This document shows positions 23,546 to 37,146 of a stretch of 64,000 nucleotides of DNA, in pieces. Under the pieces are notes generated by a model that saw only the letters and a list, made by a program, of their open reading frames with translations, searched no databases and had not been told where the DNA came from. The translations under genes were made by a program, and so were the position numbers. The stretch is taken from the NCBI RefSeq assembly GCF_023055435.1, contig NW_025964001.1, positions 65,224,001 through 65,288,000 on the forward strand, given 5' to 3'. The stretch comes from Haliotis rufescens (lineage: Eukaryota). How positions within the stretch are numbered: the first letter of the stretch is position 1; each line of letters opens with the position of its first letter.

Positions 23546-25850
23546 TACATAGTGAAGACTGTCAGGATCCTGTACATAGTGAAGACTGTCAGGGTTCTGT
23601 ACATAGTGAAGACTGTCAGGGTTCTATACATAGTGAAGACTGTCAGGGTTCTGTACATAGTGAAGACTGTCAGGATCCTGTACATAGTGAAGACTGTCAG
23701 GGTTCTGAACATAGTGAAGACTGTCAGGGTTCTGTACATAGTGAAGACTGTCAGGATCCTGTACATAGTGAAGACTGTCAGGGTTCTGAACATAGTGAAG
23801 ACTGTCAGGATCCTGTACATAGTGAAGACTGTCAGGATTCTGTACATGGTGAAGACTGTCAGGGATCTGTACATAGTGAAGACTGTCAGGGTTCTGTACA
23901 TAGTGAAGACTGTCAGGGTTCTGTACATAGTGAAGACTGTCAGGGTTCTGTACATAGTGAAGACTGTCAGGGTTCTGTACATAGTGAAGACTGTCAGGGT
24001 TCTGTACATAGTGAAGACTGTCAGGGTTCTGTACATAGTGAAGACTGTCAAGATTCTGTACATAGTGAAGACTGTCAGGGTTCTGTACATGGTGAAGACT
24101 GTCAGGGTTCTGTAATAGGGAAGACTGTCAGGGTTCTGTACATAGTGAAGACTGTCAGGATTCTGTACATAGTGAAGACTGTCAGGGTTCTGTACATAGT
24201 GAAGATTGTCAGGGTTCTGTACATGGTGAAGACTGTCAGGGTTCTATACATAGTGAAGACTGTCAGGGTTCTGTACATAGTGAAAACTGTCAGGGATCTG
24301 TACATAGTGAAGACTGTCAGGGTTCTGTACATAGTGAAGACTGTCAGGATCCTGTACATAGTTAAGACTGTCAGGATTCTGTACATGGTGAAGACTGTCA
24401 GGGATCTGTACATAGTGAAGACTGTCAGGATCCTGTACATAGTGAAGACTGTCAGGATTCTGTACATGGTGAAGACTGTCAGGGTTCTGTACATAGTGAA
24501 GACTGTCAGGATCCTGTACATAGTGAAGACTGTCAGGGTTCTGTACATAGTGAAGACTGTCAGGGTTCTGTACATAGTGAAGACTGTCAGGGTTCTGTAC
24601 ATAGTGAAGACTGTCAGGGTTCTGTACATAGTGAAGACTGTCAGGGATCTGTACATAGTGAAGACTGTCAGGGTTCTGTAATAGTGAAGACTGTCAGGAT
24701 TCTGTACATAGTGAAGACTGTCAGGGTTCTGTACATGGTGAAGACTGTCAGGATTCTGTACATGGTGAAGACTGTCAGGATTCTGTACATAGTGAAGACT
24801 ATCAGGGTTCTGTACATGGTGAAGACTGTCAGGGTTCTGTACATAGTGAAGGCTGTCAGGGTTCGGTACATAGTGAAGACTGTCAGGGTTCTGTACATAG
24901 TGCAGACTGTCAGGTTTCTGTACATAGTGAAGACTGTCAGGGTTCTGTAATAGTGAAGGCTGTCAGGGTTCTGTAATAGTGAAGACTGTCAGGGTTCTGT
25001 ACATAGTGAAGACTGTCAGGGTTCTGTAATAATGAAGACTGTCAGGATTCTGTAATAGTGAAAACTGTCAGGGTTCTGTACATAGTGAAGACTGTCAGGA
25101 TTCTGTAAAAGTGAAGACTGTCAGGGTTCTGAACATAGTGAAGACTGTCAGGATTCTGTAATAGTGAAGACTGTCAGGATTCTGTACATAGTGAAGACTG
25201 TCAGGGTTCTGTACATGGTGAAGACTGTCAGGATTCTGTACATGGTGAAGACTGTCAGGATTCTGTACATAGTGAAGACTATCAGGGTTCTGTACATGGT
25301 GAAGACTGTCAGGGTTCTGTACATAGTGCAGACTGTCAGGATTCTGTAATAGTGAAGACTGTCAGGATTCTGTACATAGTGAAGACTGTCAGGATTATGT
25401 ACATAGTGAAGACTGTCAGGGTTCTGTACATAGTGAAGACTGTCAGGGTTCTGTACATAGTGAAGACTGTCAGGGTTCTGTACATAGTGAAGACTGTCAG
25501 GGTTCTGTACATAGTGAAGACTGTCAGGGATCTGTACATAGTGAAGACTGTCAGGGTTCTGTACATAGTGAAGACTGTCAGGGTTCTGTACATAGTGAAG
25601 ACTGTCAGGGTTCTGTACACAGTGAAGACTGTCAGGGGTCTGTACATAGTGAAGACTATCAGGGTTCTGTACATAGTGAAGACTGTCAGGGTTCTGTACA
25701 TAGTGAAGACTGTCAGGGTTCTGAATATAGTGAAGACTGTCAGGGTTCTGTACATGGTGAAGACTGTCCGGGTTCTGTACATTAAGAAGATTAGGTCCCT
25801 TACACAGTGAAGTCTAGGCCCTGTACATAGTGAAGACCCTTACACAGTGA
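23546..25850. repeat. 27-bp minisatellite (~83 units) TACATAGTGAAGACTGTCAGGGTTCTG
   Basis: Directly visible; 9-aa periodic ORFs on both strands. Confidence 0.98.
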
Positions 25851-25852
25851 CT

Positions 25853-26110
25853 GAGTGAGTGAGTTATGTTTAACGCCGCTTTTAACAGTATTCCAGTTAT
25901 ATCACGGCATGTCAGCTTAATGTGGGAGGAAAGCTCGAAGTGATGCAGGTCTTAGACGTTTACCACGGGTATGGTACTGACAAACCAAGAAACATAATCG
26001 GGGCGAACCGGGATTATAACACGGAATCATAGGTTTCTGGCGTACCATAGAGAGACGCAACACTGCATAACGTTGACGCCTTAGACGAATGGACCAACCG
26101 TGCCTCCCCC
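25853..26110 (-). mobile_element. SINE C inserted at the edge of the 27-bp array
   Basis: Family C match; TSD-like ccttacacagtga / cctaaacagtga; one more array unit follows at 26128-26155. Confidence 0.9.
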
Positions 26111-27673
26111 CTAAACAGTGAACACTGGGTTCTGTACATAGTGAAGACTGTCAAGATCATGTTCTACATGACCAACTACCACAGACATTCTGCGTATAAA
26201 TAAAACTCTGCTATAAACGTCAACACCATTATTACTTAGCATACACGAACGCCAAAACCTTCCGTATCCATATATCTGTAGACTTTAGACCCATATTTCA
26301 CCCCCTGGGTCACATGCGAGACGATTTAGCGTCCATAGAAGCTCATAGATTTATTTGTGATGATGCCAAACAAATTTATTTCTTCAGATTTTTCATTTGA
26401 CATGTACAAATAGGGACCTTCTTCCTGATCTCTACTTTATATGTAATGTATTTGTAAACAAAATACTTCACTATACCAAGCCCTAGGTGGTTCCTTTGAT
26501 GTCATGGTTGACCTGCTCCCAACATTATACCTACGATAATAGTCTAATAGGAGAACAACGGGAGGATGATTATCCTTGTGATGCCCGTAGGCATTTCAAA
26601 ACTCAAGTTAATCTGGCATTATACCTTCCAGTGTTTTCTAAACAGTGAAAGAAACCCGCAGTCAATATGGCGGCCAAATGAAAACACCGACTTCAAACGG
26701 GGCCAGGGACCAAGGGAGACCACTCGGGACCAACATTGCGTCATCTTAGGTCAGTAATGATTGATGGATTGTAATTTACACGTCTTTATCTGGTCAATAT
26801 CAGGGGTGCCTCCGTCGATGAGCGATCTGGAGTAATTGTCAATAGAAAGTTGTCAATAGATCAGAAGGCAAGAGACGATGGTTGTCAATTTCAAGAGAAT
26901 GATGGCGAGAACGGACCTACTTGAGTATTCGTTGCACCATAAGATTACGGGGACGGATTTGGGGGCTTATTCGAGGAAATGCGATACTGCGGTGTGGTCC
27001 ATTGCGTTCTGATGGAAATTGATACCGTTGCTTTGTAGATGAAGCTTTGTCGACTGGAAAATTAAGGCTATTTTCATTAAACACGATCTTTGAACATTTA
27101 TCTAGGTACATGTTTTCTTGCCTCCTTGATGCAGTAGTATCGATGCGTAAATATTCATGTCTTTGTTATGGGTTAATAGTCAAATTCAGGAGTTGATTTG
27201 TCGGTTTTCAAGCTGTAAAATCCGCTAAACATTTTCACAAAATGTAAGGCAAAAGTAACTGTCTTTTTTTCTTTGACAAATATCCTTTTCATTTATGACC
27301 CAGAGGTTACGGTATAAACTGGTTGAACCCATTTATCATTTCATATCAATAAATATCAATCAATTATGATAGAATATTTGGCTATTTTCATTCCAGATCA
27401 GAGATAAACGTCAGTGGGATAGGGGGAGTTAACTATTATCATGTGTACCCGAATATGCAAATATAGGGTATCAACCGGCAAAGTGGCACCAATTAGATTA
27501 TTGTGAACATAGTTATATGACTGATCAATATGTAAAAGCCATTTAGTCAGTATAATTATGCATTTTTTTTATGACTGAAATCGTCGGCTGGGTTTACCTT
27601 CAGATATAGTAGCTATCATAGTTATGTTACCTATTGTTTGCACTGTTGAAACATTATTGTATTCGGGCTTAAA

Positions 27674-27834
27674 TGAGTGAGTATAGTTTTACGCCGCTTT
27701 TAGCAATATTCCAGCAATATCACGGCGGGGGACACCACAAATGGGCTTCACACATTGTACCCATGTCGGGAATCGAACCCGGGTCTTCGCCGTGACGAGC
27801 CATCGCTTTAACCACTAGGCTACCCAACCGCCCC
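27674..27834 (-). mobile_element. SINE A
   Basis: TSD tcgggcttaaa / tcggtcttaaa. Confidence 0.95.
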
Positions 27835-27894
27835 TCGGTCTTAAAGCCTAACACAAACTTTGTCATACTTAACTGAAATGTAAACTGCATGGTC

Positions 27895-29790
27895 TTCGAT
27901 GTATCCACTACGACATATGCACTAGGGTATATCCACTACGTCGTAAACACTACCATATACCCACTAGTCGTAACAAATACCATAGATCCACTACGTCGTA
28001 AACACTACCATGTATCCACTCCGTCTTAAACAGTACGATATACCCACTCCGTCCTAAACACTATGATATACCAACTCTGTCGGAAACACTGCCATTTACC
28101 CACTCCGTCGGAAACACTACGATATACCCACTCCGTCGTAAACACTGTCATATATCAACTACGTCGTAAACACGACGATATACCCACTCCGACGTAAACA
28201 CTACCATATATCCACAACGTCGTAAACACTACCATGTATCCACTCCGTCTTAAACACTACGATATACCCACTACGTCGTTAACACTACCATATATCCACA
28301 ACGTCGTAAACACTACCATGTATCCACTCCGTCTTAAACACTACGATATACCCACTAGGTCGTAAGCACTGCCATATATCCACTACGTCGTAAACACTAC
28401 GATATACCCACTACGTCGTAAACACAACGATATACCCACTCCGACGTAAACACTACCATATATCCACAACGTCGTAAACACTACCATATATCCACTCCGA
28501 CGTAAACACAACGATATACCCACTCCGACGTAAACACTGCCATATATCCACTCCGTCTTAAACACTACGATATACCCACTACGTCGTAAATACTACGATA
28601 TACCGACTACGTCGTAAACACAACGATATACCCACTACGTCGTAAACACAACGATATACCCACTACGTCGTAAACACTACCATATATCCACTACGTCGTA
28701 AACACTACGATATACCCACTACGTCGTAAACACTGCCATATATCCACTACGTCGTAAACACAACGATATACCCACTCCGACGTAAACACTGCCATATATC
28801 CACTCCGTCTTAAACACTACGATATACCCACTACGTCGTAAACACAACGATATACCCACTACGTCGTAAACACAACGATATACCCACTCCGACGTAAACA
28901 CTGCCATATATCCACTCCGTCTTAAACACTACGATATACCCACTAGGTCGTAAACACTACCATATACCCACTACGTCGTAAACACTACGATATACCCACT
29001 ACGTCGTAAACACAACGATATACCCACTCCGACGTAAACACTACCATATATCCACAACGTCGTAAACACTACCATATATCCACTCCGACGTAAACACAAC
29101 GATATACCCACTCCGACGTAAACACTGCCATATATCCACTACGTCGTAAAGAGTACGATATACCCACTACGTCGTAAACACAACGATATACCCACTCCGA
29201 CGTAAACACTGTCATATATCCACTACGTCGTAAACACTACGATATACCCACTACGTCGTAAACAGTACGATATACCCACTACATCGTAAACAGCACAATA
29301 TACCCACTACATCGTAAGCAGCACAATATACCCACTACAAAGGTAAACACTACGATAGTCGTACTTCTACCCACTACGTCTTAAACAGTACGATACACCC
29401 ACTACGTCTTAAACAGTACGATACACCCACTACGCCGTAATCAGTACGATACACCCACTACGTCGAAAACACTACGATGTACCCACTACATCGTAAACAA
29501 TACGATATATCCACTACGTCGTTATCACTACGACGTGACAAATAAGATTTAAACACTACGACGTGACCATTACAACATCCCCACAAGCAACTCATGTCAG
29601 AAAGCAATCTGAACGACTCTGAAGTGTAATTATTTTATGAAACATCGTAAACAGTACCATATATCCACTCCGTAGTAAACACTACGATATACCCACTACA
29701 TCGTAAACAGTACGATATACCCACTACGTCGTAAACAGTACGATGTACCCACTACATCGTAAACAATACGATATATCCACTACGTCGTTA
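27895..29790. repeat. 28-bp CpG-rich minisatellite CCACTACGTCGTAAACACTACGATATAC (~60 units)
   Basis: Period 28 (e.g. 28381 to 28409); interrupted at ~29535-29640 by a duplicated flank. Confidence 0.97.
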
Positions 29791-32065
29791 TCACTACGAC
29801 GTGACCAAAAAGATTTAAACACTACGACGTGACAAATAAGATTTAAACACTACGACGTGACCATTACAACATCCCCACAAGCAACTCATGTCAGAAAGCA
29901 ATCTCAATGACTCTGATGTGTAATTGTTTTACGAAAAGGTCAGTGAATAAGTTAAACCATGCTTTAACACCACGACCGCACAAGACGAAATGGTTTTATC
30001 TTATCAACAGTTGATCTTTATAACAAACAAATTATACCACTGTGCCTTTTCCATGATTACACGAACAAATGTAAGTCCAAAACTGCCCAGTAATTCGAGA
30101 AGAACCGCAGGCAATCAATGTGTTACTTCACTTTAAGCTATCAGACAGACACACGATCTTCTAAAAGTGAAATTGACCACTTCTGAAATCGACATGAAAT
30201 CGACACAGGATACTGACAGGTTTGCAGCAGAAGTCGACAGAAGGTGCGATGGATATGCACCTCCAAGCACTTGTTAATAGCAGGGATATCTACACATCTA
30301 CATGTCGGCACCGCTTCTCTTTGATCCGACACGATCCATATCACAATGGGGGCTTGTCCATAGCACGCCTCTCAGAAACAGATAAGATCCCCCCAGTGGT
30401 TAAGTATAGGGCTACAGACGAAGAGATGCAATGGACAGGCGGCCTCTGTGATCAATTGCACAATGACAACCACTCAGCAATCCTCTTCACTTTTAATCAG
30501 ATTTTATCTTCAATGGTTGGTAAACTTAGTAAGTACGTTTACAAGCCAGATGGGGCACTCGATGGACGGTTGGTTTACCTATACAACTTGAAACCGGTCT
30601 TTGTGTCGAGGACGTTTAATGTATGATAATGTACATTAATCAGCTTCCATGGACGAATTAATACTTAGTACGCGCACGATTATTGTCGACTTTGTGACTT
30701 GTTAAAACTGAAGTCTTTATGTGTACCGACATCAAAGGTAAATATTTAATTATTTCCACGACAAAATTACCATTCTCAGTTAAATTTATACCTGTTTAAT
30801 TTTGAACAGGCGCAGTTAATATAAATCTGTGGTATCAAAAGCGTTGTTAGTACAATACAAACAGCCATTATTACCAAAGTGGTCCTTTCAAATAGTCTGT
30901 ATAAACCTCATGAATATTTTATGTTCTCTGATTTGTGTCAAGGATTTTCTGAGTTCTATCTGCAATAAAATTGTTGAAATTCAATTTTAATAAAAGTGCT
31001 TTCTAGCTGTCCTATTTCGGTCTCTTTTGTATGCATAAATTGTAAAGATGAATCATTATTGACATACATTCTGTTCTGTTTGCGATTAACAACGAATCAA
31101 CTTCATCCATCTACCCGTAGGGTCTTGTGGTACCTGTCCAATTAAATCTGAAGGAAATGAATTTCACAGCAAATCAGCAGATACTATAACAGCACCGATA
31201 CCCGATCTTCCTAACGCACGTAACCCAATGCAATTTGCAATAAACAAGTCTCTATGATCTCCGAGTCATCAATTTCACGTTGTACATTTCAAGGGACACC
31301 GCGCTCCTATTCCCAAGCGCCCCTCTTGAAGTTGTTCAGAAATCAAATAATCAAACGAAATATGTACATAGGAGTCTATAAATACATCAATAGCTTTATA
31401 ATTGACATAGCCTTAAGAAGAAAAGATGTCTACAGCATGTACATATACAAAATCCCGTTGTTAATTTCAACGCCACGAGCAAGTTCCCACACATCTCCCA
31501 TCGGCAACGAGCGGCCCTGTACTAATTTATTTCAATTAGTACTAATAATGCCCCGGGGTAGTGCTAGTATTTACGGCTACGTCGCCACTCTGACTGACCT
31601 ACAGTATACAACCATACAGAACTATAATATTTGCATATCATATTCTGACCGATTGCGTCAATGAGAAATGCCAACGCTGTTCTGATTCTCCATAAAGCGA
31701 TTCAAGACCCATGGACACTATATGTATATTGAGCAATGTGTGTATAATTGACTCCAGCCCGAGTCTGTTAGTAGTTACGTTTGAACAGCTCCAGTTGACT
31801 TTCTGTAAAAATAAATTATTTCAAACTTCTAAGACATCAAACCTTTGTCTGAACGCCAACATATACAACATCATCTGTGCTGCAAGAAGTATGCAAGATG
31901 CTTTCTGGTGGACATCCTTCAGTTCATATATTCATGTTCACGAGTTTTGATTTTGGTGTGATATTTCTTTGAATGACAGTGTGTATGGTTTAAGACAGGC
32001 CCTTTTGCCAGTACAGACTGACAATACGAGAAACAGACACAGTTCGATATAATCGCATTGGTAAA

Positions 32066-32239
32066 CAGTACACTACGTTTATAACGAACACGCTTATGAC
32101 GAACTGACGGATATAACGAACTGTTTTTTGGTCCCGTCCATTCGCTGTATTTATGTTGAAAATATGCTTTTAACGAAGTACGGTTGTAACGAATTAAACT
32201 TAGTGGTCTCTTTGAGTTCGTTATAACCGTAGTTTACTG
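32066..32239. mobile_element. pogo/Tigger-like MITE
   Basis: TIRs cagtacactacgtttataacgaac / gttcgttataaccgtagtttactg|TA; second copy at 60869. Confidence 0.85.
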
Positions 32240-32375
32240 TACCTTCATATATAAAGCGATATATTTCATACTGCCCCTTTTAAAGCGTGTCATGTAATGT
32301 ACATGATAACACTCGAAATGGTAATAAGTTATAAGTATATAATAAGTAATAAGTATCTCATACAGGAACATGACG

Positions 32376-34285
32376 TACAATGTATAGTGCACGTGTTGGA
32401 AGTAGGAATGTGAAATACAATGTAAAGTACACGTGTTGGAGGTAGGAATATGAGATACAATCTATAGTGCACGTGTTGGAGGTAGGAATATGAGATACAA
32501 TGTATAGCGCACGTGTTGGAGGTAGGAATATGAGATACAATGTATAGTGCACGTGTTGGAGGTAGGAATATGAGATACAATGTATAGTGCACGTGTTGGA
32601 GGTAGGAATATGAGATACAATGTATACTGCACGTGTTAGAAGTAGGAATATGAGATACAATGTATAGTGCACGTGTTAGAAGTAGGAATATGAGATACAA
32701 TGTATAGTGCACGCGTTAGAAGAAGGAATGTGAAATACAATGTATAGTACACGTGTTGGAGGTAGGAATATGAGATACAATGTATAGTGCACGTGTTAGA
32801 AGTAGGAATATAAGATACAATGTATAGTGCATGTGTTGGAGATAGGAATATGAGATACAATGTATAGTGCACGTTTTGGAGGTAGGAATATGAGATACAA
32901 TGTATAGTGCACGTGTTGGAGGTAGGAATATAAGATACAATGTATAGTACACGTATTGGAGGTAGGAATATGAGATACAATGTATAGTGCACGTTTTGGA
33001 GGTAGGAATATGAGATACAATGTATAGTGCACGTGTTGGAGGTAGGAATATAAGATACAATGTATAGTACACGTATTGGAGGTAGGAATATGAGATACAG
33101 TGTATAGTGCACGTGTTGGAAGTAGGAATATAAGATACAATGTATAGTGCACGTGTTGGAGGTAGGAATATAAGATACAATGTATAGTACACGTATTGGA
33201 GGTAGGAATATGAGATACAATCTATAGTGCACGTGTTGGAGGTAGGAATATGAGATACAATGTATAGTGCATGTGTTGGAAGTAGGAATATGAGATACAA
33301 TGTATAGTGCACGTGTTGGAGGTAGGAATATGAGATACAATGTATACTGCACGTGTTAAAAGTAGGAATATGAGATACAATGTATAGTACACGTATTGGA
33401 GGTAGGAATATGAGATACAATGTATAGTGCACGTGTTGGAGGTAGGAATATGGGATACAATGTATAGTGCACGTGTTGGAGGTAGGAATATGAGATGCAA
33501 TGTAAAGTGCACGTGTTGGAGGTAGGAATATGAGATACAATGTATACTGCACGTGTTAGAAGTAGGAATATGAGATACAATGTATAGTGCACGCGTTAGA
33601 AGAAGGAATGTGAAATACAATGTATAGTACACGTGTTGGAGGTAGGAATGTGAGATACAATGTATAGTGCACGTGTTAGAAGTAGGAATGTGAGATACAA
33701 TGTATAGTGCATGAGTTGGAGGTAGGAATATGAGATACAATATATAGTGCACGTGTTGGAGGTAGGAATATGAGATACAATGTATAGTGCACGTGTTGGA
33801 AGTAGGAATATAAGATACAATGTATAGTGCATGTGTTGGAGGTAGGAATATGAGATACAATGTATAGTGCACGTTTTGGAGATAGGAATATAAGATACAA
33901 TGTATAGTGCACGTGTTAGAAGTAGGAATGTGAGATACAATGTATAGTGCACGTGTTAGAAGTAGGAATGTGAGATACAATGTATAGTGCATGAGTTGGA
34001 GGTAGGAATATGAGATACAATATATAGTGCACGTGTTGGAGGTAGGAATATGAGATACAATGTATAGTGCACGTGTTGGAAGTAGGAATATGAGATGCAA
34101 TGTATAGTACACATGTTGGAGGTAGGAATATAAGATACAATGTTTAGTGCACGTGTTAGAAGTAGGAATATGAGATACAATGTGAAGTGCATGTGTTGGA
34201 GGTAGGAATATTAGGTACAATGTATAGCGCATGTGTTGGAGGTTGGAATATGAGATACAATTTATAGTAAACGTGTTGGACGCAG
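32376..34285. repeat. 40-bp minisatellite TACAATGTATAGTGCACGTGTTGGAGGTAGGAATATGAGA (~47 units)
   Basis: Directly visible. Confidence 0.98.
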
Positions 34286-34297
34286 GAGTATCGGATA

Positions 34298-34441
34298 GGA
34301 GAGAGAGTTTGAGAGAGAGAGAGAGAGGGTAAGAGAGTTTTAGAGAGAGTGAGAGAGTCTGAGAAAGAGTGAGAGAGAGACATTGAGAGAGATAGGGAGA
34401 GAGAGACAGTGATAGAGAGAGAAAGACAGAAAGAGTGAGAG
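34298..34441. repeat. Degenerate (GA)n microsatellite
   Basis: Directly visible. Confidence 0.95.
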
Positions 34442-36279
34442 TATGAATAAGTTTCTTAAAGCGTCGGAAAAAAACGGATAATATTTTTTATCAGTTTGAT
34501 GTCATGCCACTTCCGTATCAGGACACCAATCAACTCTCATTTTCCGTTTGCACAATTGATGTGTCAATCCCGTGAAGTAATCTGTCAATCAAAATTACTT
34601 GTAGATCGCATCTACAAGACACCTCCAGGTTTCCAAACAAAATCATCCATCTTTAAACACGGCTAATCCCTTCCATAATGCCATTCACCCTCGAGCTGTA
34701 CATTGCAATCAATTGCATGTCTTTCTTCAAGGAAACATATTCATTACAATTTGCACGCCCTATCAAAAACACCCCTGGAGTACAACATACAGTTTACCGC
34801 CTCGGGATTCTGAACGCTGGGGTACCAAGTGTGTATTGCAATATCTCTGACTCCAATATGCTTATCTATCGATATCAATATCATTTACACGGTTGTCAAT
34901 TTCAAAGTGAAATGTACAACTTCAACAGGTGAGCCGACCCCTTAGGAAGAAGCACCTGTTATGACGCAACAATGCACCGTATTTGACTTCAGCCAATGAG
35001 GGGTTTCAATCCTTTGACCGTGGATCCTAAAGGGCCCCCGTCCCCTAATTGTGCCCTTTAGGGTCAAGGTGTTTGTTTTCGTCAATTTCGCCATGCTTGT
35101 ATGAGTAGTGGCAGGAACGAGATGATAGTTCTCCGAGATGGCGTAATCCTTTTGAACGGGGGAAATCACGACCGAATGGCCCACGGCGAATTTGATTCAT
35201 GTAAATGAGAATTCAATGGGCCCCATATGCAAATATTTAATTGATAGCCACACCAGAGTGAGGCTTGCATTGCACCCCTGCCGCGCATGCGCTGTGAAGA
35301 GGGCTATTTGAGTGACTACATGCATTTGGATGCGTCTTCCCTTCCCAGCAAACACCACTCTCACAGCAGTGTAAATTGCGCTATTAAACCCCGCGTTTCT
35401 CGTTATGTACGACTTTCATGAACTGTAAACATGGATTCCCCCTGTCATTAATTTTCCATGGCTATTCAGCAAGATCTACATGAAACGACCATGCATATAA
35501 TTATCAGTCATTACAAGAAACGCTTGATTTCCTAGCGTGTTAGCTGGTGCAAGCACTTCCTGTTTCGCAAGAGAAAATGAAGTCAATATATGTTAATGGG
35601 TGTCTGTTTCAAAGGGGGTAATATCGTAAGTCATTCAGAGACCTTTGACAAAACTCAAAGTAACTTAGGGACAATATCAGAATTTAAATTGTTAATAAAA
35701 AATGGCCCAGTTATAGTCTTTTTGAACATGCGACCCTCGTCGCATCAGTAAAATAATACAGTTTGAAAATTTCAATATTTATTTTTTTATAATAATTTCT
35801 CAGATTAAAAAAAATATCTTTATTTTAGGCTGTCAACACATACACATACGCGATGATTTAAACTACACTTAATATTGAAAATTCATAAAAACTTACAATA
35901 TTATAATTATACAAGTAGATCTAGTATCTTGATGAGACTTTTTAAAGTATAATTATAAAAAAATCAGAATTTACTTTTCATGAATATCTACAGATTAAAG
36001 AATAAAATCCTGATGGAGACCAAAACAATTATTGATTTCAGATCTCGTGCTGAGGCAATCTAGACTTGCCAAATGTTTTTTGGCGAGTTGGATTGGTATT
36101 ATTAATTTCTTCTCTTGAGTCTGGGGGACAGAATATGGTTTAACAAGTATATCGTTTTACGAACGTGGTGGTTCGACAGGGGTCAGCAAGGTTTGAGTAA
36201 AGATATACACTAAATAAACACTTACACTTTAAAAGAAGGAAATTGTACTTTCAAGTATAGAACTTACAATGAGTCATGT

Positions 36280-36452
36280 GGTCCCTCCAACCCCATGCTT
36301 GTCGTTAGACCTGCTGCTGGGGATTGCCTGGTCATATCACGTGACTTGGTTGATTGGATGTCATCTGCGCCCATTGGTCGACAGTTGTTTGTTTTCTGAC
36401 ACCATTATTAACCTCCACCGTGACAAAGCGTAAAACAACATTCACTCACTGA
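36280..36452 (+). mobile_element. Highly degenerate SINE B
   Basis: ccccatgcttgtcgt..tgacttggttgat..gcgtaaaac. Confidence 0.55.
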
Positions 36453-36538
36453 CTTTACATTAATCTGGATGTATCCTACACAGAACTTACACTTTACAAG
36501 GATCTATGTGTAAGGCGTATCACTTACACTTTAAATAA

Positions 36539-36704
36539 GGGGCGGTCGGGTAGCCTAGTGGTTAAAGCGTTCGCTCATCACGCCGAAGACCCGGGTTCCA
36601 TTCCTGGCATGGGTACAATGTGTGAAGCCCATTTCTGGTGTCCCCCGCCGTAATTTTGCTGGAATATTGCTAAAAGCGGCGTAAATACACACTCACTCAC
36701 TCAC
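36539..36704 (+). mobile_element. SINE A
   Basis: TSD tacactttaaat. Confidence 0.95.
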
Positions 36705-36767
36705 TACACTTTAAATTGATCCACGACATGCTTCCCTTACAGAACGTGACGCATACAGGGGGTCATT

Positions 36768-37146
36768 TAGTCTGTCATACAGACCCGGAAACAAACATAT
36801 CCAATAAAGCCCATGCAAGTCTATATTAGTGGGCAAGTCTAGATTACTGGAGTATGCAGTATATATGAAAATATAGAGAGTCTCTAGGCTCATTATTATA
36901 TTTTTATTAAGATAATTTAACAAATGTTTTTTTCTGTAAGTTATGATCACTTCAGAAGCTAGAGTGAGTGAGTATGGTTTAATGCCGCTTTTAGCAATAT
37001 TCCAGCAATATCACGGCGGGGGACACCAGAAATGGGCTTCACACATTGTACCCATGTCGGGAATCGAACCCGGGTCTTCGGCGTGACGAGCGAACGCTTA
37101 AACCACTAGGCTACCCGACCGCCCTCAGAAGCTAGATGTTAGGCTA
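36768..37146 (+). mobile_element. M2 element (TAG..CTA) interrupted by SINE A
   Basis: tagtctgtcatacagaccc start; reverse-complement match to 61423-61611. Confidence 0.7.
36964..37124 (-). mobile_element. SINE A
   Basis: Near-consensus; TSD tcagaagctaga. Confidence 0.95.

Noticed and set aside
23545-25810. Long ORFs with 9-aa periodicity
   Set aside because: Read-through of a 27-bp minisatellite, broken by 1-bp indel units
30222-30626. 134-aa ORF (also 31254-31664, 10301-10624)
   Set aside because: No recognisable homology or convincing exon structure
32329-34232. ORFs up to 336 aa on the minus strand
   Set aside because: Artefacts of the 40-bp array; the same peptide cycles through all frames
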